Translations under genes and position numbers: made by a program
Notes under the pieces: generated by a model
Database searches by the model: none
Told to the model about the DNA's origin: nothing
What the model saw: the letters and a program-made list of their open reading frames with translations, nothing else
Shown here: positions 10,069 through 23,567 of the stretch, piece after piece
Layout of the letters: every line of letters begins with the position of its first letter
Numbering within the stretch: the first letter of the stretch is position 1
DNA from: Mycobacterium sp.
GTDB lineage: Bacteria; Actinomycetota; Actinomycetes; Mycobacteriales; Mycobacteriaceae
Length of the DNA: 64,000 bases
Direction of reading: 5' to 3'
Assembly (NCBI GenBank): GCA_036782595.1
Contig: DAIPYT010000001.1
Location: forward strand, 97-64,096

Positions 10069-11430
10069 ATGGTGAAACCCAACGAGCTGGTCTACCGGCT
10101 GCTGCAGCGGCTGCCCACCCGGATGCTGTCGCTGCGCACCATCGTGATCATGGCCGCACTCGCCGTCGTCATCCTGGTCCTCACCCTCGGCACCTGGGTC
10201 TGGGTCGGGGTCACCAACGACCAGTACAGCCAGCTGGACCGGAGACTGGACTCGGTCAGCAGCCTGGGCGACTTCAGCACATTGCTCTCCGAGCCATCGG
10301 CGTCCGACACCCCCAGCCCGGACGGAAACCTGGTTCGCACCGTCTGGGCCGGCTCGACCGCGGTGTCGATGCCCCCCAGCGTCGTGTTGCCGAAACTTGC
10401 CGACGGGTACGCCAACACCACGATCGACGGGGTCGAATACCGGGTCCGCACCTTCTCGGTGGGTGTCGCGTCCATCGCGCTCGGCGCGCCGGTGGCTGAA
10501 ACTCAGCGGCGGATCGCCGAATTGCATTGGCGCGTAGTGGGAATCTGCGGCGGCGTGATCCTCGGCACCGTGGTGATCGGCTGGTTCTTCTCGCTGATCA
10601 TGATCGATCCGTTCCGCCTGCTCGCGCAGCAGGCGCGGGCGATCAATGCACAGTCCAAACCCGAAGAGGTTCAGGTGCGCGGCGTGCGGGAAGCGGTCGA
10701 GATCGGCGAGGCCGTCGAAGGAATGCTGGCGCGAATCGGCGATGAACAGGCGAAAACCAGGGCCGCGCTGGAGTCGGCCCGAGATTTCGCCGCGGTGGCC
10801 TCCCATGAGCTGCGAACCCCGCTGACGGCAATGCGCACCAACCTCGAGGTGCTGTCGACCCTGGACCTCCCCGATGAGCAGCGCAAAGAGGTCATCGGTG
10901 ACACCATGCGCACGCAGAGTCGAATCGAAGCCACCCTGAGCGCACTCGAGCGGCTAGCCCAGGGAGAGTTGACCACCGCCGACGACTTCGTCGCCTTCGA
11001 TCTCACCGAACTGCTCGACCGTGCCGCGCACGACGCCGAGCGCACCTATCCGGATCTGCAGGTTTCGCTGGTGCAGTCACCCGCGGTACCGATGGCCGGC
11101 CTGCCGGCCGGGTTGCGTCTGGTGATCGACAACGCCATCGCCAACGCGGTGCGGCACGGAGGCGCCACCACTGTGCGGCTTGCTGCCCACAGCTCCCCCG
11201 CGGGGGTCGAGATCACCGTCGATGACAATGGCAGCGGCGTTCCGGAACATGAGCGCGTGGCGGTTTTCGAACGGTTCGCCCGCGGGTCGACTGCCAGCCG
11301 TTCCGGCTCCGGCCTCGGCCTGGCTCTGGTCGCCCAGCAGGCCGAACTCCACGGTGGCACAGCGGATTTGACCACCAGTCCGTTGGGCGGCGCGCGCCTT
11401 TCCCTGCGACTTGCCGGCAGTTCGGCCTAG
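10069..11430 (+). CDS. PrrB-like sensor histidine kinase with no adjacent response regulator
   Basis: Two TM segments, HAMP, H-box 'SHELRTPLTAMRTNLEVL', 'DNAIANA', 'DDNGSGVP', 'GSGLGL'. Confidence 0.9.
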   Translation: MVKPNELVYRLLQRLPTRMLSLRTIVIMAALAVVILVLTLGTWVWVGVTNDQYSQLDRRLDSVSSLGDFSTLLSEPSASDTPSPDGNLVRTVWAGSTAVSMPPSVVLPKLADGYANTTIDGVEYRVRTFSVGVASIALGAPVAETQRRIAELHWRVVGICGGVILGTVVIGWFFSLIMIDPFRLLAQQARAINAQSKPEEVQVRGVREAVEIGEAVEGMLARIGDEQAKTRAALESARDFAAVASHELRTPLTAMRTNLEVLSTLDLPDEQRKEVIGDTMRTQSRIEATLSALERLAQGELTTADDFVAFDLTELLDRAAHDAERTYPDLQVSLVQSPAVPMAGLPAGLRLVIDNAIANAVRHGGATTVRLAAHSSPAGVEITVDDNGSGVPEHERVAVFERFARGSTASRSGSGLGLALVAQQAELHGGTADLTTSPLGGARLSLRLAGSSA

Positions 11431-11431
11431 G

Positions 11432-11845
11432 TCAGGGCTGGGCTTCCAGGTTCTGTAGCCGGACGTGCCCCCGGGCAACCAGCCGTTGCCGGTCGTCGCG
11501 GATGGTCACCAGCCACAACTGCTGACGGCGGCCGCGGTGCACCGGTTCGGATACCCCGTAGACGGTGCCCTCGGTGACCGCCCGTAGGAAATCGGTGTTG
11601 TTGTTGACCCCGACCACATTCCCGCCACCGTTGGCCGACAGCCATACGTAGGCCGAAACGCTGGCCAGCGACTCCACCATCGAGCACCAGACTCCGCCGT
11701 GCACGATGCCCATCGGTTGCAGCAACGTCGGGGAGACCGTCAACTCGGCCTTCACCCCGTCGGGCGTCACCTCGGTATAGGTCAATCCGATCTCGGCGTC
11801 GAAGGGGGCGGATAACTCGGGGTTGGCGCCGGCCTCTGGATCCAC
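11432..11845 (-). CDS. PaaI-family hotdog thioesterase (Rv1847-like)
   Basis: 'QPMGIVHGG', 'VGVNNNTDFLR', 'HRGRRQQLW'. Confidence 0.92.
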   Translation of the reverse strand: MDPEAGANPELSAPFDAEIGLTYTEVTPDGVKAELTVSPTLLQPMGIVHGGVWCSMVESLASVSAYVWLSANGGGNVVGVNNNTDFLRAVTEGTVYGVSEPVHRGRRQQLWLVTIRDDRQRLVARGHVRLQNLEAQP

Positions 11846-11931
11846 GCCTCAAGTGTCCACACCGGATCGCAGGCGAAACCGGCCGGGGGAACTTTTCGCC
11901 CTTCGGACGAGTTAGAACGCTGGATTCCCGG

Positions 11932-11950
11932 GTACGACGTTCGGTAGTAC
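11932..11950. promoter_or_regulatory. BlaI-type operator G-TACGAC-N5-GTAGTA-C
   Basis: Near-perfect inverted repeat upstream of blaI, matching the TAC(G/T)AC-N5-GTAGTA box I recall for mycobacterial BlaI. Confidence 0.75.
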
Positions 11951-11986
11951 CGGGAGTACTCTCAACGGCGAGGAGACGACGAATAC

Positions 11987-12373
11987 ATGGCAAAGCTGAC
12001 CGGTCTGGGAGACCTGGAACGCGCCGTCATGGACCATCTGTGGGCCGCCGACCAATCGCAGACCGTCCGCCAGGTCCATGAAGGCCTGCGCGCGCGCGAC
12101 CTCGCCTACACCACGGTAATGACCGTTTTGCAACGCCTTGCCCGCAAAGGTCTGGTCGTGCAGATCCGGGATGATCGGGCACACCGCTACGCGGCGATGC
12201 ACGGGCGCGACGAACTGGTCGCCGGCCTGATGGTGGATGCACTGGCGCAGGCCGCCGACTCCGATGACCGCCAGGCCGCCCTGGTCCACTTCGTGGAACG
12301 GGTGGGTGCCGACGAGGCCGACGCGCTGCGCCGAGCACTGGCCGACCTGGAGACCAAACACCGGATCTTGTAG
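11987..12373 (+). CDS. blaI: BlaI/MecI/CopY-family repressor
   Basis: 'LGDLERAVMDHLW', 'LAYTTVMTVLQRL'. Confidence 0.95.
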   Translation: MAKLTGLGDLERAVMDHLWAADQSQTVRQVHEGLRARDLAYTTVMTVLQRLARKGLVVQIRDDRAHRYAAMHGRDELVAGLMVDALAQAADSDDRQAALVHFVERVGADEADALRRALADLETKHRIL

Positions 12374-12407
12374 CGGTCGGCGCATTCCGTGGGGGAGACT
12401 GTCAGGC

Positions 12408-13331
12408 GTGTCAGCGCTGGCCTTCACCCTCCTCGCGGTGGCGCTCGCCGGACCTGTCCCCGCCTTGCTGGCGCGGGCCGCCTGGCCGATGCGCGCACCG
12501 CGGGCCGCAGTTGCGCTGTGGCAGGCGATTGCACTGGCCGCGGTGCTGTCTGCATTCAGTGCGGGTCTGGCACTGGCGGTCGGCCTGTTCGTCCCGGACG
12601 CCGACGGCCGTCCGACCGCCGATATCGGTAAGCAGATCGCCGCACTGGGCTGGCCGGTGTGGCTGTCCTCGGTCATCGTCCTGGTCCTCACGCTGATCAT
12701 CGGCGGCCGCCTCGTGGTGGCCGTCGTGGAAGTCGCTATCGGAACTCGCCGACGTCGCGCCCATCACCGGATGATGGTCGATCTTCTCGGGGAGTCGCGC
12801 CGCGAACTCGACGGCGTACGCGTGCTCGATGTGGCCGAGCCGCTGGCGTACTGCCTGCCCGGGATGCGCAGCCGCGTGGTGCTCAGCCGGGGCACCCTCG
12901 CGGCGCTGGATGCGCCCGAGCTGACCGCGATCCTGGGTCATGAGCGGGCACACCTGCGAGCCCGCCACGATCTGGTGCTGGAGGCGTTCATCGCAGTGCA
13001 CACGGCATTCCCGCGATTCGTGCGCAGCGGAAGCGCCCTGAACGCGGTCCGGCTGCTCGTCGAACTGCTGGCCGACGACGCCGCGCTGCGCGCCGCGGGC
13101 CCGCGACCACTTGCCCGCGCCCTGGTCACCTGCGCGTGCGGGCCCACCCCGGCCGGGGCGCTGGCCGCGGGCGGCCCCACCACGGTGATCCGGGTACGCC
13201 GGCTGTCCGGGCCGCCCAACAGCCGGGCGGTAGCCCTTGCCGCCTACTGCGGAGCTGCCGCGGTACTGGTAATCCCCACCATCTCGGTGGCGGTTCCATG
13301 GCTGACCGAACTTCACCGGCTTTGGCCATAA
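12408..13331 (+). CDS. blaR: BlaR-like M56 membrane metallopeptidase (Rv1845c-like)
   Basis: TM helices, HERAH (HExxH), 'ELLADD'; follows blaI. Confidence 0.88.
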   Translation: MSALAFTLLAVALAGPVPALLARAAWPMRAPRAAVALWQAIALAAVLSAFSAGLALAVGLFVPDADGRPTADIGKQIAALGWPVWLSSVIVLVLTLIIGGRLVVAVVEVAIGTRRRRAHHRMMVDLLGESRRELDGVRVLDVAEPLAYCLPGMRSRVVLSRGTLAALDAPELTAILGHERAHLRARHDLVLEAFIAVHTAFPRFVRSGSALNAVRLLVELLADDAALRAAGPRPLARALVTCACGPTPAGALAAGGPTTVIRVRRLSGPPNSRAVALAAYCGAAAVLVIPTISVAVPWLTELHRLWP

Positions 13332-13358
13332 CAAGGCCATGACAAGAAAGGCGATCAA

Positions 13359-16249
<2,891 letters not shown>

Positions 16250-16315
16250 GCGGAACTCGGATCGACCTAGCGGCTAACATAGGGCCGTCATGAGCGGCGA
16301 GGTGTCACAGACCAG

Positions 16316-17674
16316 GTGAGTGTCGTCTCCGTCCTACTGAGCTTGTTGGGTTTCGTCCTGCTGACCCTGGGTACCGCGGTCTTCGTGGCAGCGGAGTTCT
16401 CGCTGACCGCCCTGGAACGCAGCACTGTCGACGCCAACGCCCGCACCGGGGGCCCTCGCGACCGGATGGTGCAGCGGGCCCACCGCACCCTGTCGTTCCA
16501 GCTCTCCGGAGCCCAGGTCGGCATTTCGATCACCACGTTGGTAACCGGATACCTCGCCGAGCCGGTGATCGCCCGGCTGTTGGCCCCGGTGCTGGAGCGG
16601 CTGGGCGTGCCGGAGCGTTGGCTCGCGGGAACTGCGCTGATCGTGTCGCTGCTGATCGCGACCTCGGTGTCGATGGTGTTCGGCGAGTTGGTGGCCCAGT
16701 ACCTGGCGATCGCGGTACCGCTGCAGACCGCCCGCATCGTGTCCGGCCCGCAGGTGCTCTTCTCCGCGGCGGTCACCCCGTTGATCCGGCTGACCAACGG
16801 GGTCGCCAACTGGATGCTGCGCCGTTTCGGTATCGAACCGGCCGACGAGCTGAGCTCGGCGCGCTCGCCGCAGGAACTCGCCTCCCTGGTGCGGACTTCG
16901 GCCAAACAGGGCTCGCTGGATCAGCCCACCGCTGACCTGGTGGATCGGTCCTTGCAATTCGGCGCCCGCAGCGCCGAGGAGTTCATGACCCCGCGGTCGA
17001 AGATCGAATCGCTGGAAACCGATGACACCGTCGCCGACCTCCTGGAGATGGTGCGCCAGACCGGCCACTCGCGCTTTCCCGTCACCCGGGGGGACCTCGA
17101 CGAAACGATTGGCGTGGTGCACCTCAAACAGGTCTTCGAGATTCCACACGACAAGCGGAAGGACACCAAACTCGGTGCGCTGGCTGTCAGTGTGCCGGTG
17201 GTTCCCTCCACCCTTGACGGCGATGCGCTCAGCGAACAGATCCGCCGCAACGGTCTGCAGACCGCACTGGTGGCCGACGAATACGGTGGTATCGCCGGCA
17301 TGGTGACGGTCGAGGATCTGATCGAGGAGATCGTCGGCGATATCCGCGACGAACACGACGCGTTCAACCCCGAAGTCGTGAAAATCACCGGAGGACATCG
17401 GGTCTCGGGGCTGCTGCGGGTCGACGAAGTCGCCGGGCAGACGGGGTTTCGCGCACCAGAAGGCGACTACGAGACAATCGGCGGAGTGGTGATGGCCGCG
17501 CTGGGCCACATCCCGACCGAGGGCGAGTCGTTGGAGCTCACCGGGTTCGATCCCGACGCCCTGGACCGCCCCCCGGTATGGCTGGCCCGGATCGCTCAGA
17601 TGGACGGTCGCCGTATCGACAAGCTGGACCTGGTCCGGATCGATCGGCCGAACGGTGACGAGGGGCCGGCCTGA
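16316..17674 (+). CDS. CNNM/CBS (hemolysin-family) membrane protein, Rv1842c-like
   Basis: 'FVAAEFSL', 'GAQVGISIT', CBS pair, '[16 protein letters not shown]', CorC domain. Confidence 0.92.
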   Translation: MSVVSVLLSLLGFVLLTLGTAVFVAAEFSLTALERSTVDANARTGGPRDRMVQRAHRTLSFQLSGAQVGISITTLVTGYLAEPVIARLLAPVLERLGVPERWLAGTALIVSLLIATSVSMVFGELVAQYLAIAVPLQTARIVSGPQVLFSAAVTPLIRLTNGVANWMLRRFGIEPADELSSARSPQELASLVRTSAKQGSLDQPTADLVDRSLQFGARSAEEFMTPRSKIESLETDDTVADLLEMVRQTGHSRFPVTRGDLDETIGVVHLKQVFEIPHDKRKDTKLGALAVSVPVVPSTLDGDALSEQIRRNGLQTALVADEYGGIAGMVTVEDLIEEIVGDIRDEHDAFNPEVVKITGGHRVSGLLRVDEVAGQTGFRAPEGDYETIGGVVMAALGHIPTEGESLELTGFDPDALDRPPVWLARIAQMDGRRIDKLDLVRIDRPNGDEGPA

Positions 17675-18726
17675 TGGGTGACCTCTTCGGATTGCTGCTC
17701 ACGGTGGTCCTGATCGCGGCCAACGCCTTTTTCGTCGGCGCCGAATTCGCCTTGATCTCGGCACGCCGCGACCGCCTGGAAGCCCTCGCCGAACAGGGCA
17801 AGCGCAGTGCCGTCGCGGTGATCCGAGCCGGCGAGAACCTCGCGGTGATGCTGGCCGGTGCCCAGTTGGGCATCACCATCGGCTCGATCATCCTGGGTCG
17901 GGTCGGCGAACCGGCGATCGCCCATCTGCTGTCACCGATGTTCGACCTGCTCGGGGTTCCCGACGCGGTGTTGCACACGGTGTCGTTCCTGGTGGCGATC
18001 ACCGTCGTGGTGATCCTGCATGTACTGCTCGGCGAGATGGTGCCCAAGAACATCGCCCTGGCCGGGCCGGAGAAGGCCGCGATGCTGCTGGTGCCGCCCT
18101 ATCTGTTGTGGGTCAAGGCCACCCGTCCCATCATCGCGATTTATGACTGGTGCGCCCGCACCGTTGTGCGGGCGATGGGAATCCAACCCAAAACCGAGTT
18201 GGAGACTGCCGTCTCGATGGTGGAACTGGCCGAGATGATCGCCCAGTCGCGGTCAGAGGGCCTGCTGGACCCCGAGGAGCACACTCGGCTGTCCCGGGCG
18301 CTGCAGATCCGTAATCGGGTAGCCGGCGATGTCGCCGTACCGCTGGCCCAAATCCGGGCGGTTCCGGCCGCCGCCGCCGAGACCGGGCCGACGGTGGCCG
18401 CCATCGAGCAGGTCCTGCGCGAAACCGGCTACTCCCGCTTCCCGGTGGTCGACGCGGACGGCAGATTCACCGGCTTCGTGCATATCAAGGACATCCTTGA
18501 TCTGATCGACCATCCTGACGCGTCGGTCAGCGCCACAGCGGTCCGTCATCTGCCGAGACTGCCCGCGAGCATGCCGTTGCCGGAAACGTTGACCCGGATG
18601 CGCCAGGACAACAGCCACCTCGCCCTGCTGACCGAGGCCGACGGCACCGTCTGCGGCATGGTGACACTGGAGGATCTCGTCGAGGACCTGGTGGGGACGG
18701 TCCGCGACGGCACCCACCGTGGTTGA
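17674..18726 (+). CDS. CNNM/CBS membrane protein, Rv1841c-like
   Basis: 'NAFFVGAEFAL', 'GEMVPKN', CBS pair; TGATG coupling to the previous gene. Confidence 0.92.
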   Translation: MGDLFGLLLTVVLIAANAFFVGAEFALISARRDRLEALAEQGKRSAVAVIRAGENLAVMLAGAQLGITIGSIILGRVGEPAIAHLLSPMFDLLGVPDAVLHTVSFLVAITVVVILHVLLGEMVPKNIALAGPEKAAMLLVPPYLLWVKATRPIIAIYDWCARTVVRAMGIQPKTELETAVSMVELAEMIAQSRSEGLLDPEEHTRLSRALQIRNRVAGDVAVPLAQIRAVPAAAAETGPTVAAIEQVLRETGYSRFPVVDADGRFTGFVHIKDILDLIDHPDASVSATAVRHLPRLPASMPLPETLTRMRQDNSHLALLTEADGTVCGMVTLEDLVEDLVGTVRDGTHRG

Positions 18727-19615
18727 GTCCGACTGGCCGGAACGGGCTGCGGCCCATCACGTCCGCGTGGACGAGTTCACCGCAGAACATCGGGCGCGCG
18801 CCCGCAATGGCGAAAGCCATCCGGTATGGGACTTCCTGTTCACCTACTACAGCCTGCGCCCGCGTCAGCTTCGGGTGTGGCACCCCGGCTACGGCACGGT
18901 GCTGACCGGTCCCGGCGCGGAGGCCTACCTGGAGCGTCCCGGCTATATCGCGACACCTGACGGCGTCACCGTGGATGAGCAATACCTCCAGACGCGGCTT
19001 CCGACGGTGCGGTTCGTCGCCGGTCTGCTGCGGGCGACGGCGTCCCGTCCGGCGCGGTTCGGCTGCTTCGGCATGCATGAGTGGGCGATGGTGTACCGGG
19101 CCGGTGAGGTCCGGCACGCCGCAGTGCCGCTCCGGCTGGGCCCGGCCGGAACCGATGCCGTCGTCGAATCGATGCCACTGCGATGCAGCCATTTCGATGC
19201 TTTCCGGTTCTTCACCGCGCCGGCGGTGGCCCGCAACGAGGCCCGGCTCACCCGATCCGGGCAGGTCGACACCGAGCAGCCGGGCTGCCTGCACGTGACC
19301 ATGGATCTGTACAAGTGGTGCTACAAACTGGGCCCGCTGGTGAACTCTGAACTGCTGATGGACTGCCTGGAACTGGCTGCCGCCGCCCGCGAGCTGGATA
19401 TGCGGGCCAGCCCCTATGACCTGGCCGAATACGGGTTCGAGCCGGTAACGGTGGAAGAACCCGCTGGTCGCGCCGAGTACGTCCGCCGTCAGGGTCTGCT
19501 GATCGGCCGTGCCGCCCCATTGCGCGCGGCGCTGCTGGCTCGGTGCGAGCGTCTGCTCGGCGCGTCGGACCGGCGGATAGGATCACATGACTTTCCTTCA
19601 GGGAGGAACCAATGA
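18719..19615 (+). CDS. Conserved actinobacterial protein usually labelled '3-methyladenine DNA glycosylase' (function unproven)
   Basis: '[11 protein letters not shown]', '[11 protein letters not shown]', '[11 protein letters not shown]', 'EQPGCLH..MDLYKW', 'DMRASPYD'. Confidence 0.8.
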   Translation: MVESDWPERAAAHHVRVDEFTAEHRARARNGESHPVWDFLFTYYSLRPRQLRVWHPGYGTVLTGPGAEAYLERPGYIATPDGVTVDEQYLQTRLPTVRFVAGLLRATASRPARFGCFGMHEWAMVYRAGEVRHAAVPLRLGPAGTDAVVESMPLRCSHFDAFRFFTAPAVARNEARLTRSGQVDTEQPGCLHVTMDLYKWCYKLGPLVNSELLMDCLELAAAARELDMRASPYDLAEYGFEPVTVEEPAGRAEYVRRQGLLIGRAAPLRAALLARCERLLGASDRRIGSHDFPSGRNQ

Positions 19616-21789
19616 CCGATCGGGTCGTCGTGGGCGATTTGCGAGTGGCCAAGCCGCTCTACGACTTCATCACCAATGAGGCCCTGCCGGGCACCGGCGT
19701 CGATCCGGAGAGCTTCTGGGCGGGTGTCGACAAGGTGGTGGCAGACCTCACCCCGCGCAATGACGAACTGCTGGCCCGCCGGGACGATCTGCAGGCTCAG
19801 ATCGACCGGTGGCACCGCCAGCGCGTCGTCGGCGGGTTCGAGGTGGCTGATTACAAGAGGTTCCTGACCGAGATCGGCTACCTGCAGCCCGAACCGGCGG
19901 AATTCACCATCACCACCTCCGGGGTGGACCCGGAAATCACCTCGACGGCCGGCCCGCAGCTGGTGGTGCCGATCCTCAACGCCCGGTTCGCCCTGAACGC
20001 CGCCAATGCCCGGTGGGGCTCTCTCTACGACGCCCTCTACGGCACCGATGTCATCAGCGAGGAAGGCGGCGCCGGGAGGGGCGGCAGCTACAACACCGTC
20101 CGCGGCGACAAAGTCATCGCCTACGCGCGCCGGTTCCTCGACGATGCGGTGCCACTGCTGGACGCCAGTTACCTCGACGTCGCCCGGTTCCTGGTCGAGG
20201 ACGGCCGACTGGAAGTGGTGCTCGGCAACGACGACGTGACCGGCCTGGCCGACCCCGGCCAGTTCGCCGGCTACACCGGTGACCCGTCGACACCGGACTC
20301 GGTGCTGCTGGTCAACCACGGGCTGCACATCGAGATCCTCATCGACCGCAACTCCCCCATCGGGTCGACCGACCCCGCCGGCATCAAAGATGTCGTGCTG
20401 GAGTCGGCGGTCACCACCATCATGGATTTCGAAGACTCGGTGGCCGCCGTCGATGCCGACGACAAGGTGCTGGGCTACCGGAACTGGTTGGGCCTGAACA
20501 AGGGTGATCTCGCCGAAGAGGTCAGCAAGGGAGCCACGACGTTCACCCGCGTCCTCAACGGCGACCGCACCTACACCGCCGCCGGGGCGCCGGACGGCTC
20601 GCAGTTGACGCTGCCCGGCCGCAGCCTGCTGTTCGTCCGCAACGTGGGCCACCTGATGACCAACGACGCCATCGTCGACGGTGCGGGCCGGGAGATTCAC
20701 GAGGGCATCCAGGACGCGCTGTTCACCAGCTTGATCGCCATGCACGGGCTGGACGGCCAGAACAGCCGCACCGGCTCCATCTACATCGTGAAGCCCAAGA
20801 TGCACGGCCCGGACGAGGTCGCCTACACCTGCGAATTGTTCTCCCGGGTCGAAGACGTGCTCGGGCTGCCGCCGAACACCATCAAGGTCGGCATCATGGA
20901 CGAGGAACGCCGCACCACACTGAACCTCACGGCGTGCGTCAAAGCAGCCGCCGACCGGGTGGTGTTCATCAACACCGGCTTCCTGGACCGCACCGGTGAT
21001 GAGATCCATACCTCGATGGAAGCCGGACCGATGATCCGCAAGGGTGCGATGAAGACCCAGCCGTGGATCCTGGCCTACGAGGATCAGAACGTCGACGTCG
21101 GCCTGGCATGCGGATTCTCCGGGCGCGCCCAGATCGGCAAGGGCATGTGGGCGATGACCGATCTGATGGCCGAGATGGTCGAGCAGAAGATCGCCCAGCC
21201 GCGCGCCGGCGCGACCACCGCCTGGGTTCCGTCGCCGACCGCGGCGACCCTGCACGCCATGCACTACCACGACGTGGATGTCTATGCCGTGCAGCGTGAA
21301 CTGGCCGGCCAGACCCGCAGCACCGTCGAACAACTGCTCACCGTTCCGTTGGCCGGCCGCGACATGGCCTGGCGGCCGGAGGAGATCCACGAAGAAGTCG
21401 ACAACAACTGTCAGTCCATTCTGGGCTACGTTGTGCGCTGGATCGACGCCGGTGTGGGCTGCTCCAAGGTTCCCGATATCCACGACGTGGCCCTGATGGA
21501 GGACCGCGCCACCCTGCGCATCTCCAGCCAGTTGCTGGCCAACTGGCTGCGCCACGGCGTGATCACCTCCGACGACGTGAAGGCGAGCCTGCGGCGGATG
21601 GCCGCGGTGGTCGACGAGCAGAACTCCGCGGACCCGGAGTACCGGCCGATGGCCCCCGACCCGGAGGGCAGCATCGCATTCCAGGCGGCACAGGAGCTGA
21701 TCCTCGCCGGCGCAGCGCAGCCCAGCGGTTACACCGAGCCGATCCTGCATCGACGCCGTCGCGAATACAAACAGAGCCTGGGTCTGTAG
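19612..21789 (+). CDS. glcB: Malate synthase G
   Basis: 'GPQLVVP', '[10 protein letters not shown]', 'VRNVGHLM', 'KPKMHGPDE', '[12 protein letters not shown]'. Confidence 0.98.
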   Translation: MTDRVVVGDLRVAKPLYDFITNEALPGTGVDPESFWAGVDKVVADLTPRNDELLARRDDLQAQIDRWHRQRVVGGFEVADYKRFLTEIGYLQPEPAEFTITTSGVDPEITSTAGPQLVVPILNARFALNAANARWGSLYDALYGTDVISEEGGAGRGGSYNTVRGDKVIAYARRFLDDAVPLLDASYLDVARFLVEDGRLEVVLGNDDVTGLADPGQFAGYTGDPSTPDSVLLVNHGLHIEILIDRNSPIGSTDPAGIKDVVLESAVTTIMDFEDSVAAVDADDKVLGYRNWLGLNKGDLAEEVSKGATTFTRVLNGDRTYTAAGAPDGSQLTLPGRSLLFVRNVGHLMTNDAIVDGAGREIHEGIQDALFTSLIAMHGLDGQNSRTGSIYIVKPKMHGPDEVAYTCELFSRVEDVLGLPPNTIKVGIMDEERRTTLNLTACVKAAADRVVFINTGFLDRTGDEIHTSMEAGPMIRKGAMKTQPWILAYEDQNVDVGLACGFSGRAQIGKGMWAMTDLMAEMVEQKIAQPRAGATTAWVPSPTAATLHAMHYHDVDVYAVQRELAGQTRSTVEQLLTVPLAGRDMAWRPEEIHEEVDNNCQSILGYVVRWIDAGVGCSKVPDIHDVALMEDRATLRISSQLLANWLRHGVITSDDVKASLRRMAAVVDEQNSADPEYRPMAPDPEGSIAFQAAQELILAGAAQPSGYTEPILHRRRREYKQSLGL

Positions 21790-21794
21790 CTCCG

Positions 21795-23567
21795 ATGGGT
21801 AGACACAGCGTCCCCTCCGAGGGCGAACCTTTCAGTGAGCCCGCGCGGCGCCGCCGAGCTGAGGGCGGCCGTCGCGGGGTGAGCCTGGGAGTGATCGCCG
21901 CACTGGTGAGCGTCGTGGTCCTGGTGGGCGGAATAATTCTGTGGCGGTTCTTCGGCCACAATCTGTCCCGACGGTCCGCCGACGCCGCAAATGAGTGTCT
22001 GCAAGGCACCGCGACCGTGGCGGTGGTCGCCGATCCCTCGATCGCAGCAGCCATCACCTCATTCGCTGATTCCTTCGACGCCGAGTCCAGTCCGGTGGGC
22101 GACAAATGCATCGATGTCGTTGTCACCCAGGCTGATTCGGATTCGGTGCTGAAGGGCCTCACCGGTGGCTGGTCCGCTGAACTCGGCGAACGTCCGGCCC
22201 TGTGGCTGCCGGCGAGTTCAGTTCAATCGGCGCGGCTGCAGGCCGCTGCCGGTAAGCAGGTCGTCAGTGACGCCCGAGCTCTGGTGACCTCACCGGTGGT
22301 GCTGGCAGTGCGTCCCGATCTGAAGGCGGCTCTGGGACAGGACGGGTGGGCCGCCCTCCCGGGCCTGCAGAACGACCCGGCCGGCCTCGATGCCCGCAAC
22401 CTGGCGGGGTGGGGTCCGCTGCGCCTGGCGCTACCACCCGTCGGTTCGGCCGACGCCGCATTCCTGGCCACCGAAGCGGTCGCTGCGACCTCCGCACCGC
22501 CGGATGCCCCGCCCACCGCGGGTATCCCGGCAGCGAGCGCGCTGCTGAGCGGCCAGCCGCGGCTACCGGACAACACCCTCGACTCGGCCTGGGCCGCGTT
22601 GACCGCCCCCGGCCTTCCCGCCGCCGGTGCGGTGCATGCCGTGGCCATGACCGAACAGCAGTTGTACGCCCGGTCCACCGAAATGCCGAATGCAGCCGAC
22701 ACTGTCGCCGAGTGGATGCCGAGCGGACGCGCCGCGGTGGCCGACTACCCGACGGTACTGCTGGCCGGTCCGTGGCTGATCGAGGAACAGATCGCCGGCG
22801 CCAGTGAGTTCGCCCGGTTCCTGCGCAAGGACGACCAGTTGGCCGAGCTCGCCAAGGCCGGTTTCCGCGCCGAAGGTGTCAGCCCGGAGCCCAATGACGT
22901 CGTCGAGTTTCCGCCTATGGCCGCCGGGCTCGCCGCCACCGACGACGCGATGCGCGCTGCCGTCGCCGGGCTGGTGAGCCCGTCACCCGGTGGTACGACC
23001 ACCGTGGTGCTCAACGAGGGTCTCACCGGCGAGGAGGGCGGCAAACCGCGTCTGTTCAACGTCATCGCCGCACTGCGTGATCGGATCACCGCACTGCCTC
23101 CGAACGCGGCTGTCGGGTTGTGGACCTTCAACAAGATCGACAGTACTGCCGCCGTACCCACCGGCCCGCTGTCCGATCCGGTGGGACCCGGGCCGCGTTC
23201 AGGCGCTATCACCGGGGTGCTGGATAGCACCACACCCACCAGTGGCGGTGGGCTTTCCTTCACCACACTGCGTGAGGCCTACCGGGATGCAGTCGCCAAC
23301 TACGCACCCGGACAACAGAATTCGGTGCTGGTGATCACCCAGGGCCCGCACACCGACCAGAGCCTGGACGGCCAGGGTCTGCAGGACGTCATCAAGGGTC
23401 TGCAGGATCCGGCGCGACCGGTAGCGATCAACATCATCGACTTCGCCGGTGACCCTGATCGGCCGACCTGGGAAGCTCTGGCGACGCTGTCCGGCGGCAG
23501 GTATCAGGAGGTCCCGCGTTCGGACTCCCCCGACCTGGCCGGAGCGATCGCCCAGATGGTGTCCTAG
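21795..23567 (+). CDS. Membrane-anchored substrate-binding-like plus VWA domain protein (Rv1836c-like)
   Basis: 'MGRHS' start, one TM, SBP-like middle, C-terminal VWA-like fold ('VGLWTF', 'NSVLVIT'). Confidence 0.85.
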   Translation: MGRHSVPSEGEPFSEPARRRRAEGGRRGVSLGVIAALVSVVVLVGGIILWRFFGHNLSRRSADAANECLQGTATVAVVADPSIAAAITSFADSFDAESSPVGDKCIDVVVTQADSDSVLKGLTGGWSAELGERPALWLPASSVQSARLQAAAGKQVVSDARALVTSPVVLAVRPDLKAALGQDGWAALPGLQNDPAGLDARNLAGWGPLRLALPPVGSADAAFLATEAVAATSAPPDAPPTAGIPAASALLSGQPRLPDNTLDSAWAALTAPGLPAAGAVHAVAMTEQQLYARSTEMPNAADTVAEWMPSGRAAVADYPTVLLAGPWLIEEQIAGASEFARFLRKDDQLAELAKAGFRAEGVSPEPNDVVEFPPMAAGLAATDDAMRAAVAGLVSPSPGGTTTVVLNEGLTGEEGGKPRLFNVIAALRDRITALPPNAAVGLWTFNKIDSTAAVPTGPLSDPVGPGPRSGAITGVLDSTTPTSGGGLSFTTLREAYRDAVANYAPGQQNSVLVITQGPHTDQSLDGQGLQDVIKGLQDPARPVAINIIDFAGDPDRPTWEALATLSGGRYQEVPRSDSPDLAGAIAQMVS

